DNA from: Bdellovibrionales bacterium
Lineage (GTDB): Bacteria; Bdellovibrionota; Bdellovibrionia; Bdellovibrionales; UBA1609
Assembly: GCA_965203785.1 (NCBI GenBank)
Contig: OZ241911.1
Coordinates: forward strand, 100,013 to 164,012
Reading direction: 5' to 3'
DNA: 64,000 nt
Each line of letters starts with the position of its first letter. Position 1 is the stretch's first letter. Of this stretch, positions 29,389 to 36,999 are shown piece by piece. The translations under genes and the position numbers were made by a program. The notes under the pieces are model-generated. The model ran no database searches, was not told the origin of the DNA, and worked only from the letters and a program-made list of their open reading frames with translations.

Positions 29389-30236
29389 AAACTCTTTGAA
29401 AGCTTAAAAGTATTTTCTAAAAGACATGCCACTGTCAGTGGACCCACCCCCCCCGGCACGGGAGTTATCCATCCTTTAAAAGAAGAAAATTCGTTCAACC
29501 GTATATCTCCTACTAAAGTGGTTTTTCCATCTTTACACACTCGATGAATCCCTACATCTATAACAGTGGCAGAAGGTTTAAAATCATCAATCCCCAATAA
29601 CCCGGGCTTTCCACTGGCTACAACCACCACATCGCAATCCCTTGTAATGTCTGCTAAATGACGAGTTTGAGAATGACAAATCGTTATTGTGGCATTGGCT
29701 TTTAGTAAAAGTTGAGCCATCGGAAGACCCACAATACGACTTCGCCCAATCACAACCGCCTTTTTTGCTTGCAATGGAATACGGTAAAAATTTAAAAGCT
29801 TCATAATCCCTAAGGGAGTACAAGGCAGTATTCGGGGTTTTCCAATCCAAGCTAAACCTTGATTTTCAGCTGTTAAACCGTCCACATCTTTTAGGGGATT
29901 TATCCAAGAGATCACATCTTTTGAATCAAATCTTTTTGGCAAAGGAAGTTGCACCAACAAAGCACTTACTTCTGAGTTTTGATTTAAATCTTGAATGGTC
30001 TGACGAAGAAACGAAAAAGACACATCCTCTTTGAGACGAATCACTTGAGAGCGAATACCCACCGTTTCACAAGCTTTAATTTTTCGACGCACATAAATCA
30101 AACTAGCGGGATCATCTCCCACCAATATCATGACTAAAAACGGACGCTTACCCCCACTGAAACAAAAATCTTGAACTTTTTTTGCTAAAGTATGCTGTAA
30201 ATCTAAAGCCAGTTTTTTTCCGTCTAAAACATTCAT
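29385..30236 (-). CDS. folD: Bifunctional methylenetetrahydrofolate dehydrogenase/cyclohydrolase
   Basis: LDGKKLA, LVGDDPASLIYVRRKIKACE, VQLPLP, GRSRIVGLPMA, and TPVPGGVGPLTVA. The stop overlaps the gcvT start by 4 nt. ATG 30236 is preferred to the TTG at 30254. Confidence 0.92.
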   Translation of the reverse strand: MNVLDGKKLALDLQHTLAKKVQDFCFSGGKRPFLVMILVGDDPASLIYVRRKIKACETVGIRSQVIRLKEDVSFSFLRQTIQDLNQNSEVSALLVQLPLPKRFDSKDVISWINPLKDVDGLTAENQGLAWIGKPRILPCTPLGIMKLLNFYRIPLQAKKAVVIGRSRIVGLPMAQLLLKANATITICHSQTRHLADITRDCDVVVVASGKPGLLGIDDFKPSATVIDVGIHRVCKDGKTTLVGDIRLNEFSSFKGWITPVPGGVGPLTVACLLENTFKLSKSL

Positions 30237-30583
30237 TATCACTTGACCTCTCAACTTAAAAAAATAAATAACATGATATGAAAAAACAATCTAACAACCC
30301 TTTACTTTCTCTCAGAAAAGACTTTATAGAACACCCTCTAACACAAAATTTATACAAAACCATCTACGACCATCAGTTAGTAGAAGAAGCTTACAAAACA
30401 ACACTTAAACTTTACATCCAATTTAAAGAATCGTTAAATCCAACTACCAAAAACTAAAAATATTTTAAAAAACTGTTACAAAACTCTACGGTGTAAATAA
30501 AATTTTTAGTCGTTTTGGGGATTTTCGCATGTTTTAAGCCCCTAAAACTCCCCTAAAACATCTTTTAATGCACTTTTAAGTGC

Positions 30584-30599
30584 TGGCTTCGTTTTTGCT
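30584..30599 (+). promoter_or_regulatory. Sigma-54-type (-24/-12) promoter upstream of the flp-like gene
   Basis: TGGCTT-CGTTT-TTGCT has GG (30585-86) and GC (30597-98) exactly 12 nt apart, as in TGGCAC-N5-TTGCW. It lies ~33 nt upstream of the ATG, with an AAGGAGG Shine-Dalgarno in between. Confidence 0.55.
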
Positions 30600-30630
30600 T
30601 ATCTAATAATTAAAAAAAAAAGGAGGTTTT

Positions 30631-30945
30631 ATGAAACATTTAATTCCTAGGCTTACAAAACAAAGTTCTCAGCTTAAAAAACAAAGTTTTAGGCCTACAA
30701 AACAAAAAGGGCAAGGTTTGATTGAATATTTAATTTTGATTGCTTTAATGGGGGTGGCGACTATTGGAGTGATTCGAGTTTTGAATCAGACAATTAAAGC
30801 TCGTTTTGCTTCGGCTATTTATGCCCTTCAAGGAAACCCCAAAAAAGTTAAAACTGAGAGTCTTCAAAAAAACAATTATCAAAAATCGGATTTGAGTGAC
30901 TTTATGAGTGGTGCCGCCAGCCAGAAAAAAAAGACTAAAAGATAA
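30631..30945 (+). CDS. flp: Flp/Fap-family type IVb prepilin (unusually long, 104 aa)
   Basis: A basic leader is followed by KG|QGLIEYLILIALMGVATIGV, which is the G/xxxxEY Flp motif plus a hydrophobic helix. Strong Shine-Dalgarno. Confidence 0.75.
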   Translation: MKHLIPRLTKQSSQLKKQSFRPTKQKGQGLIEYLILIALMGVATIGVIRVLNQTIKARFASAIYALQGNPKKVKTESLQKNNYQKSDLSDFMSGAASQKKKTKR

Positions 30946-31289
30946 TGAAATATAAAAGAGGGCAAGCCGTTATGGAGATGGTCATGTTTTTACCTTTGGC
31001 ATTTGGAGGCTTGGTGGTGTGTTTATTTGTGTTTTACACTTGTTCGAAACAGTTATGGGTGGATCATCAACTGTATCAATTTTTAATTTGTTTATCTCAA
31101 AGAGTAAATCAGCTTAAGTGCCAAAGAAAGTTAAAAAAAGGTATTCGTTCATTTTTATGGATGGGAGATAAAATAAAAACTCTGAAATTTAATGGGAAGG
31201 AGAACAAATGGAGCGGTTATTTAGTAATAGAAAATATTTATATTCGAGGAGTTTGGAAAAAAAAAGTTCACTTCAACGGGGATTTATAA
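30945..31289 (+). CDS. TadE-like pseudopilin
   Basis: MKYKRG|QAVMEMVMFLPLAFGGLVV is a TadE-type N-terminus with Glu at +5. The start overlaps the flp stop. Confidence 0.6.
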   Translation: MKYKRGQAVMEMVMFLPLAFGGLVVCLFVFYTCSKQLWVDHQLYQFLICLSQRVNQLKCQRKLKKGIRSFLWMGDKIKTLKFNGKENKWSGYLVIENIYIRGVWKKKVHFNGDL

Positions 31290-31948
31290 GCATGTTTTTA
31301 TTGTTAACTCCTTTACTTATAACTTGTCTTATGGTGTTTATCAGTTTAATTTTTTGCATCCGAAATTATACTCAATCTCAAAGTTTATGTATTAATTACA
31401 CAATGAAAGCTCAAAAAATAGCAGGCAGACAATTAAAAAAACTTTTAAAATTAAATCCATTAGCTGATCGATTAAGAGCTATGTATCGAAAACTAAAACA
31501 TGCGTATTACATAGCAATTACTATGGGAAACAAAGTGTCCGCTCTGGCGATTAAAGAGCAAATCCGAATCATTCAACAAAAAAGATATGCCTTAGATTTA
31601 AAACAAAAAAATATTTTAAATGACAGTCTCTCCCAAATAAAAAAAGTTTTTTTTAAATTTAAAAGAAAATTGGCAAAGTTTAAATCTCCCAAAATACGGA
31701 TGTTGCATCCTCTCCCTTTTGGTTTAGCCATAAAGGCTAGACCTACTAAAGACATTGCACCATCTTATTATGTAAAATCTCATTTTTCTAAACGGCAAAA
31801 AATTTCGATTAATTGGACTATGTTTCTTTATCATTTTTTGCCTCATTGGTTGGATATTTCTTTTTTTAACAAGCTATTATCTGCTTATAGTTGCTCAAGC
31901 ACTTTATATAAAAAGAAGAACACATGGATGATTGGACTTTCTTCTTAA
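31208..31948 (+). CDS. Hypothetical membrane protein, possible TadE/G-like N-terminus (start uncertain: 31208 or ATG 31292)
   Basis: ..LQRGFISMFLLLTPLLITCLMVFISL resembles a Tad pseudopilin N-terminus but lacks Glu at +5. The rest is Lys-rich with no recognised motif. Confidence 0.45.
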   Translation: MERLFSNRKYLYSRSLEKKSSLQRGFISMFLLLTPLLITCLMVFISLIFCIRNYTQSQSLCINYTMKAQKIAGRQLKKLLKLNPLADRLRAMYRKLKHAYYIAITMGNKVSALAIKEQIRIIQQKRYALDLKQKNILNDSLSQIKKVFFKFKRKLAKFKSPKIRMLHPLPFGLAIKARPTKDIAPSYYVKSHFSKRQKISINWTMFLYHFLPHWLDISFFNKLLSAYSCSSTLYKKKNTWMIGLSS

Positions 31949-32025
31949 AGTTTTAAAATAGAGAAATAAAAGGTGAGTGAGAAAATGTTAAATGGTGATA
32001 TGAAATTTTAAAGGAGGTAGTGTAA

Positions 32026-32208
32026 ATGATAAAATGGCAATTTGTAAAAAGGCAATTGCTAAGAGGGCAAGCCCTAAAGGGGCAGGTGATATTAGAACTT
32101 TTATGGGTGACTTTATTTATATGTACTTTTTTAAGTATTATGTCTTTTATGTATGAAAAGGGAAAACAAGAAATTCGATTCAGCCGACAAATCAAATCGA
32201 CAAATTAA
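32026..32208 (+). CDS. Small prepilin-like protein (60 aa)
   Basis: A strong AAAGGAGG Shine-Dalgarno lies upstream of the ATG. ..LRGQALKG|QVILELLWVTLFICTFLSI has Glu at +5 followed by a hydrophobic helix. Confidence 0.5.
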   Translation: MIKWQFVKRQLLRGQALKGQVILELLWVTLFICTFLSIMSFMYEKGKQEIRFSRQIKSTN

Positions 32209-32256
32209 ATAACCAATTATAATTAAGAGAAAATTAAACAAGGGGGGTAAAAAAAA

Positions 32257-32787
32257 ATGGACAACAAAAAAATTAAAGATTGGATTATCCAACATCCTCA
32301 AATTAAGTGGTGGTTAGTTTTAATGGGAGTATCGGTGGTTTTTACTTACTCGTCTTACTACCAAACAACCAGTCATGAGGGCATAAAGGGTCAGAAAGAT
32401 TATCTTTCTAAAAATGTCGATACTTTAATCCCAGAGGGTTTTGTTTTATTACCTGTCGAATTAAGCAATCGGGATTCTTTGGATGGTTTTTTGCCAGAAA
32501 AAGGGGTAGTGGATCTTTATGTTTCTAATTCTTCCTCGATGAAAACGATTAAAGTGGCAGGTGGAGTTAAAATTATTCGATCTCCACAGAACCCAGATCA
32601 ATTAGCTGTATTAGTTTCTGAGAAAAAAGCTCGATTTTTAATTAAAAGGTCTGAGGCTTTTTATGCTATTATTCAAAACCCAGAGAAAAGAGGAGAGGGG
32701 GTATATCCTTTGGGAACGGCGAAACCCAAAAGGCAGATTATTATAGAACATAGTTTAGATTCCACTCCCATGTCAGAGAATCTGTAA
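32257..32787 (+). CDS. CpaB/RcpC-like protein (RcpC-type domain only, no SAF domain)
   Basis: An N-terminal TM (WWLVLMGVSVVFTY) is followed by IPEGFVLLPVELSNRDSLDGFLPEKGVVDLYV, which resembles the RcpC/CpaB C-terminal domain pattern (ip.G.r.v.v....v.gfi.pGd.VDv). Confidence 0.4.
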   Translation: MDNKKIKDWIIQHPQIKWWLVLMGVSVVFTYSSYYQTTSHEGIKGQKDYLSKNVDTLIPEGFVLLPVELSNRDSLDGFLPEKGVVDLYVSNSSSMKTIKVAGGVKIIRSPQNPDQLAVLVSEKKARFLIKRSEAFYAIIQNPEKRGEGVYPLGTAKPKRQIIIEHSLDSTPMSENL

Positions 32788-32849
32788 TGTAAGAACTTTA
32801 TAAAAAGAAAGTATAAAAAAAGAGATATTAAAATTAAAAAGGGCTTATA

Positions 32850-33935
32850 ATGAATTTTAAAAAAAGATACCTCTATTATGGGATTTATTGGGGAGTGTAT
32901 TGGGGTATTTTATTAACTAGCTTTTCAGCTTTGGGCGAAGATAATTCTCATGAGGTTTTAATTCGCTCAACAAAGACTCGTTTTTCAGAATTTAATTCTT
33001 TTTTACAAGTGGAGTTTATAAAAACTTATGCTCAATATCAGTTAGATGAGGTTAGAAGTCGCACTCGACCCATTCATTTATCTTCGTTGTTTAAAAAATC
33101 TCAAGCTGAATTTTTATCTCACAATCCCAGGTCAGCTGAACGGACTTATCAAAAAATTGTTCGCCACATCCATGCTTTTGATTGGAACGAAGAAGAGAGA
33201 AAAATTATTTTTTACACTTTATTTCGCCTTGCTCAACTCAAATTAGATACTAAGAAAAAGAAATTATTCTTAAAAGAGGCGATGACTTTTGGTTTGAATT
33301 TAAAAATTGATTTTAATATTTTTCCTCCTCCTTTAACCACCATGTATTCGAAAATTCGAAAATCAGTTAATCGGGTATTACTAGATTTAAAAAAGATTTT
33401 CCCAGACCATGAGTTAATTGTCATAAACGGCAAAACTTTTAAAAGAGGTGAGAAAGTAAAACTTGGCTATGGAATGTATCGGATCAGTGCTTACAGTTCG
33501 TCTCATACACCTTGGTCGCAAACACTATCTTTATCTCGTTTAATCGTGCAGACTGTTCGCACTCATTCTTTAACAGATCCGAATAGCAATTGTCGAAGTG
33601 GAACCATTGCAAATTTACAAACTCAACTTAAAAAATCTCTAAAAGGTAAAATATTATTTCCAAATTTTTGCGTCTACAATTTAAAAACAAAATCTGCTAA
33701 ATTTAATCACTACAAACCTTTAAAAATGATGTCAAAATCGCATTTAAAAAGAAATTTTAAAAAAGCAAAATCAAAAGAAAATATTTGGGAAAATTGGAAA
33801 AGTCATAAAAAAATGTGGATGATAGGGGGAGTTGCCTTATCTGGTGTGGTGCTATACTTTTTGTTAAAAGATAACAAGGTTCCACCCAATGCTCAGCGTT
33901 CAAATAGTTATCCTATAATTAAGGTCAAATTTTAG
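32850..33935 (+). CDS. Hypothetical exported protein with a C-terminal membrane anchor
   Basis: Signal-like N-terminus (YYGIYWGVYWGILLTSFSALG) and a C-terminal TM (MWMIGGVALSGVVLYFLL). Lys-rich. It is the last gene of the pilin-like operon, and its stop overlaps the stop of the convergent gene (TTAG). Confidence 0.5.
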   Translation: MNFKKRYLYYGIYWGVYWGILLTSFSALGEDNSHEVLIRSTKTRFSEFNSFLQVEFIKTYAQYQLDEVRSRTRPIHLSSLFKKSQAEFLSHNPRSAERTYQKIVRHIHAFDWNEEERKIIFYTLFRLAQLKLDTKKKKLFLKEAMTFGLNLKIDFNIFPPPLTTMYSKIRKSVNRVLLDLKKIFPDHELIVINGKTFKRGEKVKLGYGMYRISAYSSSHTPWSQTLSLSRLIVQTVRTHSLTDPNSNCRSGTIANLQTQLKKSLKGKILFPNFCVYNLKTKSAKFNHYKPLKMMSKSHLKRNFKKAKSKENIWENWKSHKKMWMIGGVALSGVVLYFLLKDNKVPPNAQRSNSYPIIKVKF

Positions 33936-36577
33936 CGACCTCTTCTGTCTTTTGGTCGGATTCGCCTTCTTCTACCTGTATTATTTCTACTACCTCCTCC
34001 GCCAATACCACCTAAGCCTACATTGACACCACCTTGAAACCCACCTGCAAAATTACCGCCAATGCCTCCGCCTCCCATCATAATGTCTTGGATTTGCATT
34101 TGAAGACGATTGATCTCTTGGTAAAGAGAAGAAGCAGCTTGTTGCCGTTGCATCCAATTTCTCATTTGATTTTGTCTCCAAGACATAACCATTTGCTGAT
34201 ACGATGCCATCTGCTGCCACTGATTGTTAAGTCCCATCATGGGGTTCATCATGTTCATGCCGGGGAAACCACCCGTCATACCTGGAAACCTACCCATCAT
34301 GCCTGGGAACATACCTGGGAAATTACCTCCAAAGTTTACACCTCCAGTAAAACCTGGATTACCACCAAACATACCTGGGAACATACCTGGGAAATTACCT
34401 CCAAAGTTTACACCCCCCATCATGCCTGGGAACATGCCCGGGAAATTACCTCCAAAGTTTACACCCCCCATCATGCCTGGGAACATGCCCGGGAAATTAC
34501 CTCCAAAGTTTACACCCCCCATCATGCCTGGGAACATGCCCGGGAAATTACCTCCAAAGTTTACACCCCCCATCATGCCTGGGAACATGCCCGGGAAATT
34601 ACCTCCAAAGTTTACACCCCCCATCATGCCTGGGAACATGCCCGGGAAATTACCTCCAAAGTTTACACCCCCCATCATGCCAGGGAACATGCCACCACCC
34701 CACATATTACCACCTACTGTAGGCGAACATGCAAGAGATGAGCGATTGCCCCACATCCCTCCGCCATAAAGCCCTGCTTGAATAAAGGGAAAAGCAAGTC
34801 CTAAAGCCATCCCTGGTTGTGTGGGAAAGCCTTGGCTTTCTAACCTTTTATTGGCATGCCTCATGCCAAAATAACCAAGTGCCGCCCCGCCAAGAGCTGT
34901 AGCGGTTCTACCCAATATCTCCCACCCCGAAGGGCCTGGGTCTACAATCTCTTTAATCTCTCTTAGTCTTCTTAATCTGCAATCTAAACAATCAGCTCCT
35001 CCTTCTGTCGACTCACCACTTAATAACTGGGCTAATCTTTTAGCTTCTATCTCGTCTCCTAACTCCTCTAAAGTCTCTTTTAATTCTTCTATTCTTTCGT
35101 CTAAAATTTTTTCTCTATCAATTAGTTTTTTAAGGTTTTTTAAAGACTTCTTACACTCTTTGCCGGTATCTGAATCGTTACGAGAAAACCTACTACCACC
35201 ATCTTCGCTACTACTACCAAGACGCGGAACTCCTGTTTCTTTTAATCTGCATGTGTCTGGGCGATTGCAAATCCTTGTAATATCTATTTTTATTCTACTT
35301 TTAGATCTATTACCTCTTTTTGCACAAGCTTGCCAGCTTTTAAAAGCTTGACACGAAGGAGTTAATACGCATTTGTTTTCTTCTACATGATGACCTCGCT
35401 TTTTGTTGCAATCTGTTTCTATTTCCTCTTCAGTTTGTGTTAAACCCTTTTTAGCTTTTTTTAAAGTTGCCTTAGCCTCTATGAAGCTTTCAGCATTATC
35501 TTGGATATTGCTAAAAGCTCTTGTTTCTTTGCTGTAAATTCCATCTTCTTTAGTTAGTAATAGGGAGTTATTCTCGTCAGAAGTTACTTTATCTCTAACT
35601 TTTCCATTATTACTATTAGTTTCAAAATCTTGAACTTTCGAAAAAGCGCCATTCAATTGATCTTTCAAATCATCTATATCAGTACCATACGCATTTTCTA
35701 ATATATTTTCATCTGAATTTTCAACAGCATTTTCAAATTGAGTTCTTTTTTTGTTTATAGCTTTTTCATAAGCTATTAAAGCATCTTTAGCTGCTGTTAG
35801 TGTTGTGTTTTGCATGCTATAACTATTGTGGGGATTTTTTTTGGCTAGCTTTTCATAATAATCAGAAGATTTTTGTAATTGTTTTTTTAAGTTTTTAATT
35901 GCTGTATTAGTGTTGTCTTGACTTTCTTTTAAATTATTGTTTTGTTTTTTAAAATTCCCTCCTTTTTTTGTTTTAAAGTCTTTTAATGTTTGTTTTGCTT
36001 CATCTACTGCCTTTGTCTGTTTTGCTACACTTTTTTCCAAAGAACCAGACTCTTCACTGTTATCATCATCATCACTTAAAAAATCATCTATCGCATTAGC
36101 ATAAGCAAAACTTGGCCATAAAAAAGATAAAAACAAAGGGATATGTTCATCATCATTTTTACTTCTATTGCTATCTACTAAAAACGAAGTGCTTTTTTGA
36201 TATAAAAAGCTTGATTCTGATTTTATTGGGCAAAACCTATTGTTTGCTTTGTTTAAATTTAGACCATCTCTTATAAACTCGTGGATTTGATCGGCAACAG
36301 GAGAGGCCCATTTGTTATAGCCTAAAGCACTTTCGACTGAATCTCTAGAATCTGCAATTTTATCTCGAATTCTTTCTTGTTGTTTTTCTAATTCTTTTAA
36401 TTGTAATTTAACTCTTAGTATTTTAGAATTGTCTTTGCTTAAGTATCCACCTTCTCTTTGTTGTAAAGCCTGCAAGTATAATGGCAAAGCACAGTTTGCA
36501 CCCTGATTCCAATACGACAGTGCGAAAAAAGAATAAAATAAAGTGCTTAAAAAAATCAAAAATTTAAAACAGCTCAT
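33932..36577 (-). CDS. Large exported protein: coiled-coil N-half, Cys-rich segment, Gly-rich hydrophobic segments, 17-aa G/M/F/P/N tandem repeats, Q/N/M-rich region, Gly-rich and Arg-rich tail
   Basis: An 881-aa ORF with a signal peptide (MSCFKFLIFLSTLFYSFFALS) and (MMGGVNFGGNFPGMFPG) x6 plus variants. The C-terminus reads ...NQWQQMASYQQMVMSWRQNQMRNWMQRQQ...GGGGIGGNFAGGFQGG...RRRRIRPKDRRGR. No known family recognised. Confidence 0.75.
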   Translation of the reverse strand: MSCFKFLIFLSTLFYSFFALSYWNQGANCALPLYLQALQQREGGYLSKDNSKILRVKLQLKELEKQQERIRDKIADSRDSVESALGYNKWASPVADQIHEFIRDGLNLNKANNRFCPIKSESSFLYQKSTSFLVDSNRSKNDDEHIPLFLSFLWPSFAYANAIDDFLSDDDDNSEESGSLEKSVAKQTKAVDEAKQTLKDFKTKKGGNFKKQNNNLKESQDNTNTAIKNLKKQLQKSSDYYEKLAKKNPHNSYSMQNTTLTAAKDALIAYEKAINKKRTQFENAVENSDENILENAYGTDIDDLKDQLNGAFSKVQDFETNSNNGKVRDKVTSDENNSLLLTKEDGIYSKETRAFSNIQDNAESFIEAKATLKKAKKGLTQTEEEIETDCNKKRGHHVEENKCVLTPSCQAFKSWQACAKRGNRSKSRIKIDITRICNRPDTCRLKETGVPRLGSSSEDGGSRFSRNDSDTGKECKKSLKNLKKLIDREKILDERIEELKETLEELGDEIEAKRLAQLLSGESTEGGADCLDCRLRRLREIKEIVDPGPSGWEILGRTATALGGAALGYFGMRHANKRLESQGFPTQPGMALGLAFPFIQAGLYGGGMWGNRSSLACSPTVGGNMWGGGMFPGMMGGVNFGGNFPGMFPGMMGGVNFGGNFPGMFPGMMGGVNFGGNFPGMFPGMMGGVNFGGNFPGMFPGMMGGVNFGGNFPGMFPGMMGGVNFGGNFPGMFPGMFGGNPGFTGGVNFGGNFPGMFPGMMGRFPGMTGGFPGMNMMNPMMGLNNQWQQMASYQQMVMSWRQNQMRNWMQRQQAASSLYQEINRLQMQIQDIMMGGGGIGGNFAGGFQGGVNVGLGGIGGGGSRNNTGRRRRIRPKDRRGR
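34296..34700 (-). repeat. In-frame 51-bp tandem repeat array (~8 units, 5 of them DNA-identical at 34418-34672)
   Basis: The unit catcatgcctgggaacatgcccgggaaattacctccaaagtttacacccccc recurs at 34418, 34469, 34520, 34571 and 34622. Diverged copies flank these on both sides. Confidence 0.95.
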
Positions 36578-36598
36578 TATAAATATCCAAATTTGAAA

Positions 36599-36695
36599 TT
36601 TGTCGTTTGTTGTGCCAATTTGTTTGTTTTTTGCTTTTTTCCAATCTGTTTGTTGTTTGTTCCAATTTTAATTTGTTCCAATTTGTTTGTTCTAA
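36599..36695 (-). repeat. Repeat-rich upstream region of the 881-aa gene (4 copies of CCAAT(T/C)TGTTTGTT on the plus strand)
   Basis: Copies begin at 36615, 36641, 36662 and 36678. The region includes TTGTTGTGCCA, which recurs upstream of the 461-aa gene at 41421-41431. Confidence 0.55.
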
Positions 36696-36999
36696 ATCTG
36701 TATTCTGTTCCAGTTAACTTCTTAAAATTACAATATAGCATAAAATTTTGATAAAAAGATAGCTAATAATGTTAAATTCGCTATTAAAGCTTTTAAAATT
36801 TGAGCTGGCTGGGGTTTAAATAAAGATCTTTAAGGTTTTTACTTAGACTTATGTCCAGTATTTTACTTTTTTTAGATTTTCGAAAAATCAATTGCTAATT
36901 GATGTAAATAATGTATGTAAATCGGATTTAATAAAAAAAATAGCCAAAATTTTTTAAATATATCCTGATTATTCGCTAAGACTTACACATAATGTGAAT

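Noticed and set aside
34296-34700. Regular direct repeats that might be a CRISPR array.
   Set aside because: The units are contiguous with no unique spacers, the period is 51 bp in frame within a long ORF, and no cas genes are present.
34034-34769. Two long plus-strand ORFs (235 and 181 aa) with striking HAWEHAREITSKVYTP / MPGNMPGKLPPKFTPPI repeats.
   Set aside because: They are mirror-frame readings of the 51-bp tandem repeat inside the minus-strand 881-aa gene. That gene has a signal peptide and 2.6 kb of continuous frame, and the plus-strand ORFs exist only across the repeat.
36610-36640. TGGCAC elements upstream of the 881-aa gene (and at 41421-41431 upstream of the 461-aa gene) as sigma-54 promoters.
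   Set aside because: The -24-like TGGCAC is present, but the position where TTGC should lie reads ACGA or AAAA. It is kept only as a shared motif, not called as a promoter.
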